A DNA stretch of 64,000 bases. Origin: Anaeromyces robustus. Taxonomy: Eukaryota. Positions 1-12,990 of the stretch are shown here, piece after piece. Where the stretch lies: assembly GCA_002104895.1 (NCBI GenBank), contig MCFG01000014.1, forward strand, positions 62,001 to 126,000. Direction: 5' to 3'. The position numbers were made by a program, and so were the translations under genes. Position 1 is the stretch's first letter, and each line of letters starts with the position of its first letter. The notes beneath the pieces were generated by a model. It saw only the letters and a list, made by a program, of their open reading frames with translations. It did not search any database and was not told where the DNA came from.

Positions 1-109
1 TAAGACCTGACTCAATATCTAATAATTTCTCAGTTGAAATTATTTCGTCTTCTGTATCATCAACAACATAAGTGTCAGTAGAATCATTTAATTGTCTTGT
101 CGAATTCAT
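1..109 (-). CDS. 5' end of a gene running off the left edge (MNSTRQLNDSTDTYVVDDTEDEIISTEKLLDIESGL...), product unknown
   Basis: ATG at 109-107 with an open frame to position 1. GC is clearly higher than in the adjacent intergenic DNA. Confidence 0.55.
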   Translation of the reverse strand, partial: MNSTRQLNDSTDTYVVDDTEDEIISTEKLLDIESGL

Positions 110-3100
110 TATATTATTATTATTTTAAAAAAGTAGTTTATTTTTCTTTCTTAAGGTGGTTAAAAATTAAAAATATATCAAAAGTATATTTTATAAAATA
201 TATATTATGTGATTCTCTGAGTAACAAAAAAAGTATTTTTTTTTTTAATTTTAATTTAATTTAATAATTCATTTAAAAAATATATATATGTGATTTTATA
301 TATAATTTCATATTTTTATTATTGACATTAATCCATTTATTGATAATTTATTTGTTAATATGGTATAAAATTTTTTAAATATAAAAAAATGGTATATTAT
401 TTAAACAGTACTAAAATTAAATAAAACTTTTTTCTATGAAAAAGAATAGTTTATGTTTCAATAAAATATAAATAAAAAAACAGTTTATATATATTAATAT
501 TCTTAAAATGTAACACTTTAATAAATTATTTTATATTTGATAATTATTTAAAGTACTAAAAATGTTTCTTCATTTCTATCGTTTTATATTTATTATTAAT
601 TATTTCTATTTCATAGAATTTTTTTTTTTTTTGTATATTTTTTATTTTATTATTTTTTTTTTTTTTCTTTAGAAAAATTTTAGATTTAAATAGTTTAAAA
701 ACTATTTAAATGTTACAAATATTACATAAATTAAGAATTAATTAATAATATATATAAATATAATTAATTAATATAAATATTTGTATTACTTATATATATT
801 AATTATATTTATCAATATTATTTATTTTAAAATTAATTTTTTTTTTTTAACTTTTTTTTTTTACTTATTATTTTTTTTAATGCAAATAATATTAATGTAA
901 ATCTTTTTTATTATTATTATTTGTTTTATAATATTACAATATAATAATAAATTAGTATTATAATTATATTTGTTATTATTATTATTATTATTATTTTATT
1001 ATTATATTGTTATTATTATTTGAATAAACAAACAATTCATTTTTTTAATAGACTTAGCAAATAATATAAATAATAAAAAATCAAATCTAATATATATAAA
1101 TATAAAGTAATATACTATAGTTATATATTTAATATTATATGAAATTATGCATGAATGTTGATTTATTAATCATATTTAGTAAATGTTTAAATATAATTAA
1201 GCAATAAAAAAATTAACAAGAATAATATAATTAGTATTTAGTCTTCATAATAATTAATGATAAAATATAGTTTCAATATAATAAAATGAGATAAATTAAT
1301 AATAAATATTAAATAAATAAATAAATACATTAATAAATACATAAATGTTTTTATATTTTTTTTATTTCATTTTATTTTATTGCTTTTATCATTGATAATC
1401 ATTAGTCTTAAATCATATTTATTTTATTTTTTTTTAACTGCTTTAATGAATATAAATATATATATATTTTTTACTATTATTCAAAAAACCATACTTGTTA
1501 AGCAACAAGCTTTAATTTATATTTTATAAAAAAAAATAATAAATAATAAATTAATTTAATTAAAAAACTCATAAATGGAAACATTAAAAAAAATTATATA
1601 TATAATTAATTATATTAATATATATTAATATATATTATATTTTATCATTGAAATATATTGTAATGTATATAATTAAATTAATAAATAATGGAAACTATTA
1701 TAATATACAATTTAATAAATAATATTTCTTTATTTCTTTCTTCACCTTTTTTAATTATATTTATTAAACTCTATAAACAAATTATTGATTATTGATATTC
1801 TCTTTTATAAATAAAACAAAACAAAATAAAATAAAATTTAAACCAAATAGAAAATCATTTTTAAAAACAAAACAAATAAAAAAATAAAAAAAAATAAAAT
1901 TTAAACCAAATAGAAAAATTAATATTTACTAATATTTTTATATTTTTATCAATAATCAAAAACATCATTCTGATCTCATTGTTTATATTAACATATTTTA
2001 TAAAAGGTTATTTTTTATTTTTATAAAATATGATTATATTAATATATCATATAATTTTATTCTATGACATTGAACAGAATAATATAACAATTAATATTAA
2101 GAATAAAAATAAAAATTAATAACAAGTTATTAATTAAAACAATAATATTTAAGTTTATTGCTATTAAAATACTTTCTCTTTAGACTAAATTAAACAATTT
2201 ATTTCTATCAATCTCCGTTTATCCCGAGATAAAGTAATAATTATATATATGACAGAATGATAATTAAATATATCAATCTAAATATTTTTTAATTATTAAA
2301 AAAATTATTTATATCTTCAATAACAAAATTATTTTTTTTAAAAAAAAAATAAATTAATCACATTATTTTACTTAATTTACCTTCATTTTTAACTAATTTA
2401 TATTATATTGTCTATTGTTGTTACTTTCCACCTAATTCCGAGTAACAATTGTGTAATAATTTAAAAATTAGAATAATAGTAAACAAATTACTTTTTTTCT
2501 ATATATAAATACAAATATAATAAATATTTTTTATTTATTTATTTATTTATAGTTATATATGAAAGTTAATTCTATATAAAAAAAATTTTTTTTTTAATTG
2601 TCGTTTTTATTCCTAATTATTTTAAGAAGTATTTTATAATGAATGAACTTTATGGTTTTTTATATGTAATACTAAAAAAAAATAATTAATAAATAACATT
2701 TAAATATTTATTGTTTATATATATAATATTTATATAAAATTTTATATAATATTTATTATTAATTATCCTCATTTTTTTTTAGGTAAATATATTAGCTGAC
2801 TATTCTCTACTTTTGTTTTTAATTTTGCATTTAATCCTGAACTATTAAAAAAATTTTTTTTTTTATTTTGTATAATTAATTTCAGATTAAAATTTTAATT
2901 TTAACTAAATTTAAATTAAATTTGAAAATTTTAAAAACTTTTATTAAAAATAAATAAATAAAAAAATTATATTCTTATTATATTACATTATAGTAATAGT
3001 AATATATAATTAAATATAATTAATATATAATAAATTATATTTTAATAATAGAGTAAAATATTTGTTTATAAATATTATTTTTTATTTAAAATTTAGGAAA

Positions 3101-3582
3101 CATTAGTGAATAAAATAAAATCTTTAGGAATTATGGCAATTTAATTATACTATGACAAAACCTTGTTTTTATTATTTAAAATTAAAAACAAAAAAATAAA
3201 TAAATAAATAAATATAAATGAAAGTTTATTATAATTTTTTTTTCTTTTTCAATAAAAAAATATAAAAAACAAAATATAACAAATAAATATTGCATTAAAA
3301 AAAACTGGTAATATAGAAAATATAAAATTTTTCTCAACTTTAATATAGTGAGTAAATAATTAATGATGTGGAGAAAAATAAAATACATTTAAATAAATAT
3401 CTTTATAATAAATATCGTATAGAAAATTTTTATATTGATATACTAAAAAGAAAATATATAACACTATAATTTAGTAAAACTAACTGTTAATTACATATAA
3501 TACCAAAATATATATATAAACAGAAGATATATAATTATAAATAAATTTATATATTCGTATATTTATATCATTATTTATCATA

Positions 3583-3643
<61 letters not shown>

Positions 3644-3707
3644 TGATAGTATTTATTTCATATTTTATACAATTATACTTAATTATTATTGTTAATTTGT
3701 CATTAGT

Positions 3708-3741
<34 letters not shown>

Positions 3742-3967
3742 TAAAAGAAAATTATATCAAAAAGTGTGGGGAAATCTTGTTAATATTTTTAATATAAAAA
3801 TATTAAAATAATTATTAATCATGCTTTTACATATATATTAAATACTAAAACAGTTCTTTTTATACTTATTAAATTTATTATTTTTGACCTCTTTTTTCTT
3901 CCATGTTAATATTGTTCTTAGTATTATCACATGTTTAATTTGTATTAATTTAGCTTTTCATTAATCA

Positions 3968-4429
3968 TCATACATTTTCTTTTCTCAATTTCTCAATCTC
4001 TGCAATTAAAAATGGATCTTTTTCAGGGATATAATCATAATTAGTAAATGGATTATGTGTGTAATTGTCTTTTCCAGACAGTAATTTATAAACTAACCCT
4101 TCATATGTCTCAGTGCAATCATATTTCCACGGTTCAGAATTAACTCTATAGTATAAATATCCTAAGAAACGGTAAGGATTAGGAATCTTTCGCGAGATTT
4201 CACAATTATAATTCCAAAAAAGGTTTGCAAAATTGATAGTAGTATCGCTTGTAAGGCAAGAACCTCTCATATATTGATCAATAGCACTGAACATTTGTTC
4301 CCAACCATACTTTTCAACTGTGCTGTCATATAGGTTTTGAAATTTTTCTTCTTCTTCATCAGAAAGTTCATCATCCCATCTGCGATTGAATAAAGAATCT
4401 ATTACTTCTTTTAAAGCTTGATTACTCAT
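3968..4429 (-). CDS. Intronless hypothetical protein (153 aa from MSNQ, 157 aa from the upstream ATG at 4441); bacterial-like, candidate horizontal transfer
   Basis: Non-repetitive, aromatic-rich globular ORF with no introns and higher GC than its flanks. GGAGGT lies 4 nt before ATG-AGT-AAT. Confidence 0.75.
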   Translation of the reverse strand: MSNQALKEVIDSLFNRRWDDELSDEEEEKFQNLYDSTVEKYGWEQMFSAIDQYMRGSCLTSDTTINFANLFWNYNCEISRKIPNPYRFLGYLYYRVNSEPWKYDCTETYEGLVYKLLSGKDNYTHNPFTNYDYIPEKDPFLIAEIEKLRKENV

Positions 4430-4431
4430 AT

Positions 4432-4545
4432 TTACCTCCATTTAAATTCTTTATTAAATACATTTGGAATGATTTCATATAACTTTCTTAGTGCTTCATA
4501 AACCTTATTGAAGAATTGTCTCTTAATTCTCGCTTTTATTTTAAT
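4432..4545 (-). pseudogene. 3' remnant of a possible upstream bacterial-type gene (IKIKARIKRQFFNKVYEALRKLYEIIPNVFNKEFKWR*)
   Basis: 37 stop-free codons ending TGG AGG TAA, which overlaps the SD and stops 2 nt before the next ATG. There is no start codon. Confidence 0.45.
4434..4439 (-). promoter_or_regulatory. Shine-Dalgarno-like GGAGGT (relic bacterial ribosome-binding site)
   Basis: Minus strand reads TGGAGGTAAATATGAGT, a consensus SD close upstream of the ATG. G-rich hexamers are rare in this background. Confidence 0.6.
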
Positions 4546-4932
4546 TTAATAATTAATCCTAATTTAATTATTGACCTTTTCAATTATATCTCAATTTTGA
4601 AAAAAGGATTTAAAATTGAAATAATAAAATAATTCAAATATTTTTTCTAAAAAATTTATATTAAAATCCATGAAATTTAAAATAAATTATATACAATTAT
4701 TTATTATTTATACAATTATTTATTATTTATATGGTTAAAATATTTTTACAAGATATTCCAAAAAAAGTATATATTTTAAATATTTAAACATATTTAATTA
4801 ATTAATCCTATTATCCAATCATATTCATTGATTTCTCATTTTACTTATTTATATAACAATTATAAATAATATATTACATATGTAACAGTTAAATTTTTTT
4901 TTGATGTTGTTTATTTAAAACTTTTGGTAATA

Positions 4933-5122
4933 TAGGTTTTTGAAATGAAAAAAGTGCCTATTTAATTCCTCAAATTATTTAAAACTTCAGGTAGTATAAG
5001 TTACTTCTTCATAATAGGCATAAAAAATACAATTATTTGAACTTACAATTTTCAAACTTTTGTAATTCACTTGGTAAATTAATTAGAGAAATTAAATAGG
5101 TACCTTTTCCTTTCAAAACCTG
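4933..5122. repeat. Imperfect ~45-bp inverted repeat (foldback / MITE-like)
   Basis: Left arm taggtttttgaaatgaaaaaagtgcctatttaattcctcaaatt versus reverse complement of 5081-5122, caggttttgaaaggaaaaggtacctatttaatttctctaatt. Confidence 0.6.
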
Positions 5123-5488
5123 AAAATACTTTTGTTGTTCTATAATTGTTAGATGTATATTCCAATTGGTTTCATTATAATTTCCTTTAATATTTTCAAA
5201 TTATAATATACATCTTTAAATTAAATTATATGATAGAATCAAATTTATATTTTCCTTTAATTTTTGTTATTGGAATTTCATATTTTGTATTAATATATAT
5301 AGTTCGATTATTTGCATAATAATAATTAATTCCACAGTAAATATTATCATATATATATATACATAATTTAATCTTACCATAATGAAATGTTTGTCATAAT
5401 ATAATTCTTTAAGAGATTCTTTTGGTATTTCAATTTAAATTTCATCAACAAGCGTAGAATTAGCTTAGAATAATAATTTGTATTCCAT
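5035..5488 (-). pseudogene. Degenerate coding relic of unknown family
   Basis: Reads MEYKLLF*ANSTLVDEI*IEIPKESLKELYYDKHFIM|GTAAGA, then YCGINYYYANNRTIYINTKYEIPITKIKGKYKFDSII*, then FENIKGNYNETNWNIHLTIIEQQKYFQVLKGKGTYLISLINLPSELQKFENCKFK*. Protein-like but broken by stops and a frameshift. Confidence 0.35.
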
Positions 5489-6607
5489 TTAAGGGTAAAA
5501 AAATTAAAAAGTCTTCAACCTACTTTTGTTTATTTATTTTTATATTACTTTATTTATTTGTTTATTTTTATATTCTTTATAATATAATTAAAATATTAAA
5601 AAACATAAAATAAATATGATTATTTGATGTTAACAACACAAACTTTGAAATTAATTAGAACAAACTTCAAAATATTCAATAATTATTGTATGTTATATAT
5701 TATTTTGATATTTTTATAATTTCCTATAATTTAGTTATAATTATTATTCTTTTTTTTTTTTTTCTGTGATTTCCTATAATATTTTTTATATTAAATATTA
5801 GTATTTATATCAAATATAAGAAATTTTGATAACAATATATAAAAACTATTAAAAAAATTATAATATATTCACTTTTTAAATCATTCTAAATGTGCGTGTG
5901 TTTTTTTTTTTTTTTTTTAATATTTATGGACTTTAAATAATATTAGTCACAAATTTAATTTAGAATTAAGATAAGTTCATATAAAATAAATGGAAAATTC
6001 TAAATATTAGGACAAATATAGAATTAAGATAAGTTCATAAAATAAAAAAAAAATTAAAATTTTTTCTTGTATTTTAATTTTATATATATATATTATTAAT
6101 ATAATAAAGTTTTAAATAAATTTTTTTGTATTATTATTATTTAATATTATAATTTTTTGATTATAATGATTTTTGCTATAAAAGAATTGTAAAAAAAAAA
6201 AAAAAAATAGTTTCCTTAAAAGTTCTTTATAAAAAAAAAAAAAATATTCTTTCAAATAATTTTATTAACACTTTATATTATGTTTGAAATGTAGAAATGA
6301 ATAATTATATATAACATACATTAATATAATAAATATATAATGTTTTTTTTGTTTTTATTTTTTTTTTATTTTATTAATATCCATTAAGAGACAAATAAAT
6401 TAATAAATAAATTAATAAAAATTCTATTTAATAAATAACACTTCATTTTTCTATTGATATATATAAATAATAAATAATAATAAAATAAAAAGAGATAATT
6501 TATTGTAAAAATAATATTATTATCAATAATTGTATATATGTTTGCATTCTATTATATTATTATTGAAATTATTATATTCTACTTATTTTTTTCTTGAATA
6601 ATATTAT

Positions 6608-9600
6608 TTATACTTCTCCTTCATTATTATCATTATTATCATTATTATTGTTGTTGTTGTTGTTGTTGTTATTGTTGTTATTGTTATTGTTTGTTGGTAT
6701 ATCGTTGTCTGATGATCCATAATCAATCATCAACGGATTAGAATTAGGTGGAGGTGCTCTTCTATTTAATGGCTGATTAAAATCTAAAGGATTACCATAA
6801 TAATCAAAAGATGGTGTATTTATATAATTCATATCTGGTGGTAATGGATTCATTGCATTTGCCATAGGATCCATTTGCATTGGCGGTAGTCTATAATTTG
6901 GTAATGCCGATGATGGTATATTTTGATTATAATAATTACCATAAAATCTTCTTCCTCTACCGCCTCCACGATTATTAGGTGGATATGGTTTATATGGCAT
7001 AGGCTTTCTAACCGGATAATTCTTATAACCTGGTTGACCATAAAATCCTTTCTTTTGTGGTGGTTGAGGTTGACCACGTTGTAACGGTTCATATTCCATA
7101 TTATTTAAATCTGCTGGTCCTGATGGAGGATTTTTGTTATCATTTAATTTTCGTTTTCTATTTATTATATAATTGTTATTATTATTGTTGTTGTTGTTGT
7201 TTATTTTTATATCATACATATTGTTTTAAAATAATTATAATAATTTTAATTATTATTAATTATTATTAATACATTAATACATTTGTTTGATATATATACA
7301 ATATTAATATTTATATAAAAATAATTACCTTTCATTTCCTTTTTCTTTTTTCTTATTTTTCAAATTCTTTTTATATTCTATTTCTTTTTCATCATCTGAA
7401 AATTCAATTTCCTATTTTATTATTATAAATTTAAAAAATATATATTTATATATATAATATATTAATAAATAATGAATTAAAAATTATAATATATTTTAAA
7501 ATCAATATAAAATATTATTTATTTATTTATTTATTTATTTTTTCTTTATTTAATTTAATATAAAAATTTACATCTTCTCCTGGTTCTTCATCATATTGGT
7601 TAGATGCATCAGATCCTTTTATTAATTTAATTTGTTGGGTATATGATAATTTTGCAAGTTCAGGATTGAAATATACATCTGTTCCAATTTTATACTTTTC
7701 TTTATCAATCTCACCAGCACTATTAAATCTAACAGAATAGATTGGTAACGATACTGGACCTAATGTTTCAAAAATCTATTATTATTATTATTATTTATTA
7801 TATTATTATTATTTATTATTATTAATATTATTATGACATTTTTAATTTCAATTTTTTTTTATTATAATTCTATATATAAAAAAATATAAATATATATTTT
7901 ATTTTATTAATGAAATTGGTTTATTATATTACTCTTCCAACTGGTGTTCTATCGTTGAATAATAAAATACTATCTTCATCCAATACCTGATAATTTCCAG
8001 ATATAGTCGCTTGAACTAGTACATATTCATCAACAATATTTTGAATTACACCAATTTTTGTAATTGGAATATCTTTAGGAATATCTATTGTAATTGGTTG
8101 AACTTTTGGTAATGACTAAATTGATTTAAAGAAGAAAAAAATAATATAAAAATAAAACCAATTAATATAATTATTTATAATCAATAATTATATAATTGAA
8201 AAATGAATAAAAAATAAATAAAACAGAATGAAAAGAAATACTATAATATTTTATAAATACATACGATAATTTCATGAGTAGAATGTATTAAATTTATTGT
8301 ATTATCATCATTTTCATCGTCAAGATCTTCATTATATTTATCAATTGTTTTTTTGTGTTTTTCAACTTTTTCTTTAGTTAAAACACCATCCTCACTTGAA
8401 GAATCACTTTTTTATTATTTATTATTTGTTATTTATTATTTATTATTTATTTTTTATTATTTATTATTTGTTATTTATTATTTATTATTTATTATTTATT
8501 ATTTATCATTTATTATTTATTATTTTTTTTTTTTTTTTTTAAATTTATATAATTTATAAATTATTTTTTAGTTATAATATTTATATCATTTGGTGTCATT
8601 TTGTTTTATATATACATATATATATATATAATTATATATAAAATTAAAAATTTTATTAAATTATTTTTATATATCTAATGTAACTTTAACTAAATAAAAT
8701 ATATCTTCAATTATTTTAATATGTTTTATATAAAAAAAAAAAAAAACTCTTTAAAAATATATTATCTTTATATTTCAACATACCTATCATCATCTGAACT
8801 ATCGGTATCAAAATCACTTGAACTATCTGAATCACTTGAGCTATCTGAATCACTTGAACTACTATCACTATCATTATCACTACTACCACTATCACTATCA
8901 TTATTAGTGGTTTCTTCTTTATTATCTTTATTATTATCTTTTTCCGTTTCCTTTTCTTCATTATCATTTTTAAGTTCTTTTAAATTATCAATGGTATCAT
9001 TATTTTCATTATTTTCAACATTCGATATTTCTTCACTTTTAATATTTAATGAACTATCATTTGAAAAATTTTCATTAACTTTTAATTCACTTGAAATGCT
9101 TTCTAACGATTCTTCTTGTTTAATGTCTTCTAACATAGTTGAAATGTTTTCTGCTGATTTTTCTTTGTCATTGTCTTTTACTTCTGATGAAATTTCTGTT
9201 ATTTGTTCTTTTTTTTCTATATCATTTAAATCTGATAAAATATTTTCTTCTGAATTTTCTTCTTTATTTTCCTCTATTTCATTTAAATTATCTTTTAATA
9301 TATCTTTATCCTTCTTTAATTCATTTAAAACAGATTCAGAATTATTTGAAGCGAAATCTTTTTCCTTATTATCATTTATTTCTTTAGATATTAATTTATT
9401 AATTGAATCAATTTCCATATCAATTATTTCCCCTTCTTTAGTAATTTCATCATCAATTGTTACATCAACCATTTCATCTATGTCATTTGCAATTTCCTTC
9501 AAACTTTCTTTAATAAAATCAATTTCATTAGATTCTATATTATCTGCTTTTATATTCTTATTTTCTACATTATCAATTTCATTATTAGTTTTAACTTTTT

Positions 9601-9688
9601 TTTCCATTATTGAACTTTGAACTTTTTCTTCTGAAGCTGTTTTATTTTCTAGAACATCTACTTTCTTATTATCATTATTGTTTTCCAT
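6608..9688 (-). CDS. NAF1: H/ACA RNP assembly factor Naf1 (Gar1/Naf1 domain), 6 exons: 9688-8784, 8406-8265, 8115-7933, 7775-7572, 7411-7329, 7157-6608
   Basis: Spliced GT-AG exons give an acidic N-terminus, then IGVIQNIVDEYVLVQ..VLDEDSILLFNDRTPVGR-IFETLGPVSLPIYSVRF and the Naf1 hallmark KGSDASNQYDEEPGED-EIEFSDDEKE, followed by a Pro/RGG-rich tail. Exon phases are compatible. Confidence 0.92.
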
Positions 9689-12270
9689 TATTATCTTAAT
9701 TTTACTGAATGGATTTCCAAATTGGAAATTTATTAAAAAAATTAATTTATAAATAAAATTTTTAAATTTGAAATCTTTTTTTTTATAATATATATATAAT
9801 AATAATAATACACTGTTATTTTTACTTTGTTGAAAGATATTATGACAGCTTTATATAATAATAAATACAAAAAATAAGATTAAATTTCTATTTTAATAAT
9901 AATTATATATTAATAAATAAATTATAAATTAATATTGAAATAAAAACTATAAAAAAATTAATATAAAAATTTTAAATATTAATTTTTAATTTTCAAAAAA
10001 AAAAAAAAAAAAATATTATAGTATTTTTTTTAAAAAAAAAAGAGAAATCAATAAATTTGATTGGTTAATTGGTCTAAATAAATTAAAAAATATTAATTAT
10101 AATTTTTTTATAACCTTTACTAAGCATTTATTTATTTTTAATATTATACATAATTATTCATTATTATAATAAAAAATTTTAGTAATAATAATTTTTTTGA
10201 AATAATCAATATCATAATTATTTATTCAATTAGATTTAGTAATACTAATTAATTTATTGGATTATATAAAATGTTGACATTAAATATTTTATTTTTTTAT
10301 ATTTTCTAATAGTAACGATTTATGAATTTGATACATCTAATTAATGTATATAATTTCTTTGTTATTAATGAAGAAAAATTAAAATATGTTATTAAATAAT
10401 TCACCATTAATTAATAAAAATAAAAATAATTAAAAAATATATTTTTCAATAATGATAAAAATATTAAATCTAAATTAAACATGAGAAAATAAGAATGAAA
10501 AATAAATTTCCAATATTTACTAATATAATATTTATTATAAATGAGCCAAAATAAAAAAAAAATTTAATAAATATTTTATAATAATTTACACAATATAAAA
10601 ATGATGATAATAATTGTGTTTAAACAATTATATAAATAGTACTAATATACAATTTAGAAAGGTTAAAAATTGAGTATTTTAAAAATTCCAGTATTAAGAA
10701 GATTTATATGAAAATTAAATCATTTTGAACCATTATAATATATATTTTATCGTAGTTATAGCAATAAAAAAAAAGGATTTTAATGTCAATTGGATAAATA
10801 TATCTTATTATAAAATAAGTGTTTTAAATGTCATAAAATATAATAAATAAAAAAGAAGAAAAATTATATAATATCATAATCAATAAACGATATTAATAAA
10901 TTTACTAATAAATTATCATCAATTTTAATAGATCTTATAATGAATTCATTTCAAAATATGAATTGTATGATTGCACCAATTATTAATTATTATCATTAAA
11001 TTAAAGATATCTCTTGATAATTCTAACCCATTAATAATTAATTATAGTAATAATAACAAAAAGAATTAAACAACATTATATATTAATAACAATTACAAAA
11101 AAATAATATAAATAATAAATATCAATACAAAATATAATAGTTTATATTTTTTATCATTTTTATTTTATTTTAATTTTATTTTATTTTATAATATATTATT
11201 TATTTATAATTTTATTATTTAATATTTTTTATTATTTGACAAACAAAAGTATATTTAAAAGTATTTAACATAAAATAATTATTAAATTATTGGATAAATA
11301 AATTAGCAAATTAAATACTATATAATAAATGAATGAATTTGACAAATAAAATTCAGCATGGCATATTATTTTTATTATAAATGGCTTTTGAAAATAAAGT
11401 TTACATAACAATTATTATGATAATAATTGATTAATAAAATTTTTTATAATTATGGACTTTTTAAACTTTTAAAAATATATGAAAAAGTTAAACATATTAA
11501 TTTAAATATCCTTTATTTATAATAAATGGCTGAAAAGTTGTAAATAAAATATATATGTATATATATAAGAATTTGAAATTCAATATATAAATATACATTT
11601 TATTTTGTTTTTTTACAAGCTTTTCTTTAAATTTTATTTAAAGTTTATAAGATTTATTTTTAACTCTTGACTAATCTTTTTTTAGTAATATGATTAATAA
11701 AAAAAAGGACAATTAGAAATATACAATTATTAAAAATAATAAAAAATGGATTTATATTAATAAAAAAGTATTAATATATTTTATTAATACTTTTATTTTA
11801 TAAATATTTATTATTCTCTTGTAGAAAATACGATTCTGTTAATATTATATATATACTTTTGTTTATTTGGATTATTATATAGGCATATCACTTAAAAAAT
11901 ATTTTTCCTTTATTTACTATGATTATTAGGATTATATAAAAATATTTTAATATAGATACTATAAAAATTTTTTATCGTGATCATAAATCAATTTTATTTT
12001 TTCAAACTCCTATTGAAGTTGTAATTTCATACGTTACATTAAATGATACATAATATTTTAATTATATTTATAATTATTGTTATTTATTTAAATTTTAATA
12101 TAAATTTTATTAATTACTTTTTTTTTTTTAATTAATTTTTTTTTTTTTCATTTATAATTTTAATTTATTTTTTTTTTTTTTTTTTGGTAAAGTGATGATA
12201 TTATCCTTTTATGGAATAATTAATTTGGTAAATATATATGAAATAATATTTAAAATATTGAAGTTTGTAA

Positions 12271-12337
<67 letters not shown>

Positions 12338-12990
12338 ATATAAATAAATAAATATATAAATAAATAAATAAATAAATATATAAATAAATATATATAAATA
12401 AAGGTATATTTAATAGAATTATAATATAATTAATTTTGTCTTTATTATCTTTTTATTTTTTTTATGGAGAATTTTAAAATAACAATTGAATAATTTTCAA
12501 GTTTTTTGTCCATACTTATAATGAAATTAATATTTTATTTATTAACTTCTTTTTATCTATTTAATCACACATTTATTTTCTATAAGAATTTAAAAAACTA
12601 AATACACTTACTTAAAGTATAAGCTTAAAAATATGAAATTACTGAATAATTTATAGTTATTGAAAATTTATCATATTATTTTATATTTATTATAAACTTT
12701 ATTAATTATTGATAATTAATAATTTTTACATTATTAATTATTTCTAATTTCTAATTTAATAATTATCCTGAAAATATATAAGGCTTTTTTCAATTTTATT
12801 AATTATTGATTTATAAGCGGAATATATAACTATAGACAATACTGTTTTCAATTTTTAAAATAGTTCATCGATAAGATATAAAAAATTACATTTTAATACC
12901 ATTAATCATTAATAATTATATATAATTAATGAATTAAATTTAATAAAGAAAAGTTTGTTAATTTTAAAATTTTAATAATTAAGGAAATAA

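Noticed and set aside
5961..6040. 21-bp direct repeat tagaattaagataagttcata x2 (similar short duplication at ~1830-1920)
   Set aside because: Short local duplications with no element between or around them.
8721..9620. 299-aa plus-strand S/L/F-rich ORF
   Set aside because: Antisense shadow of the E/N/K-rich NAF1 exon 1.
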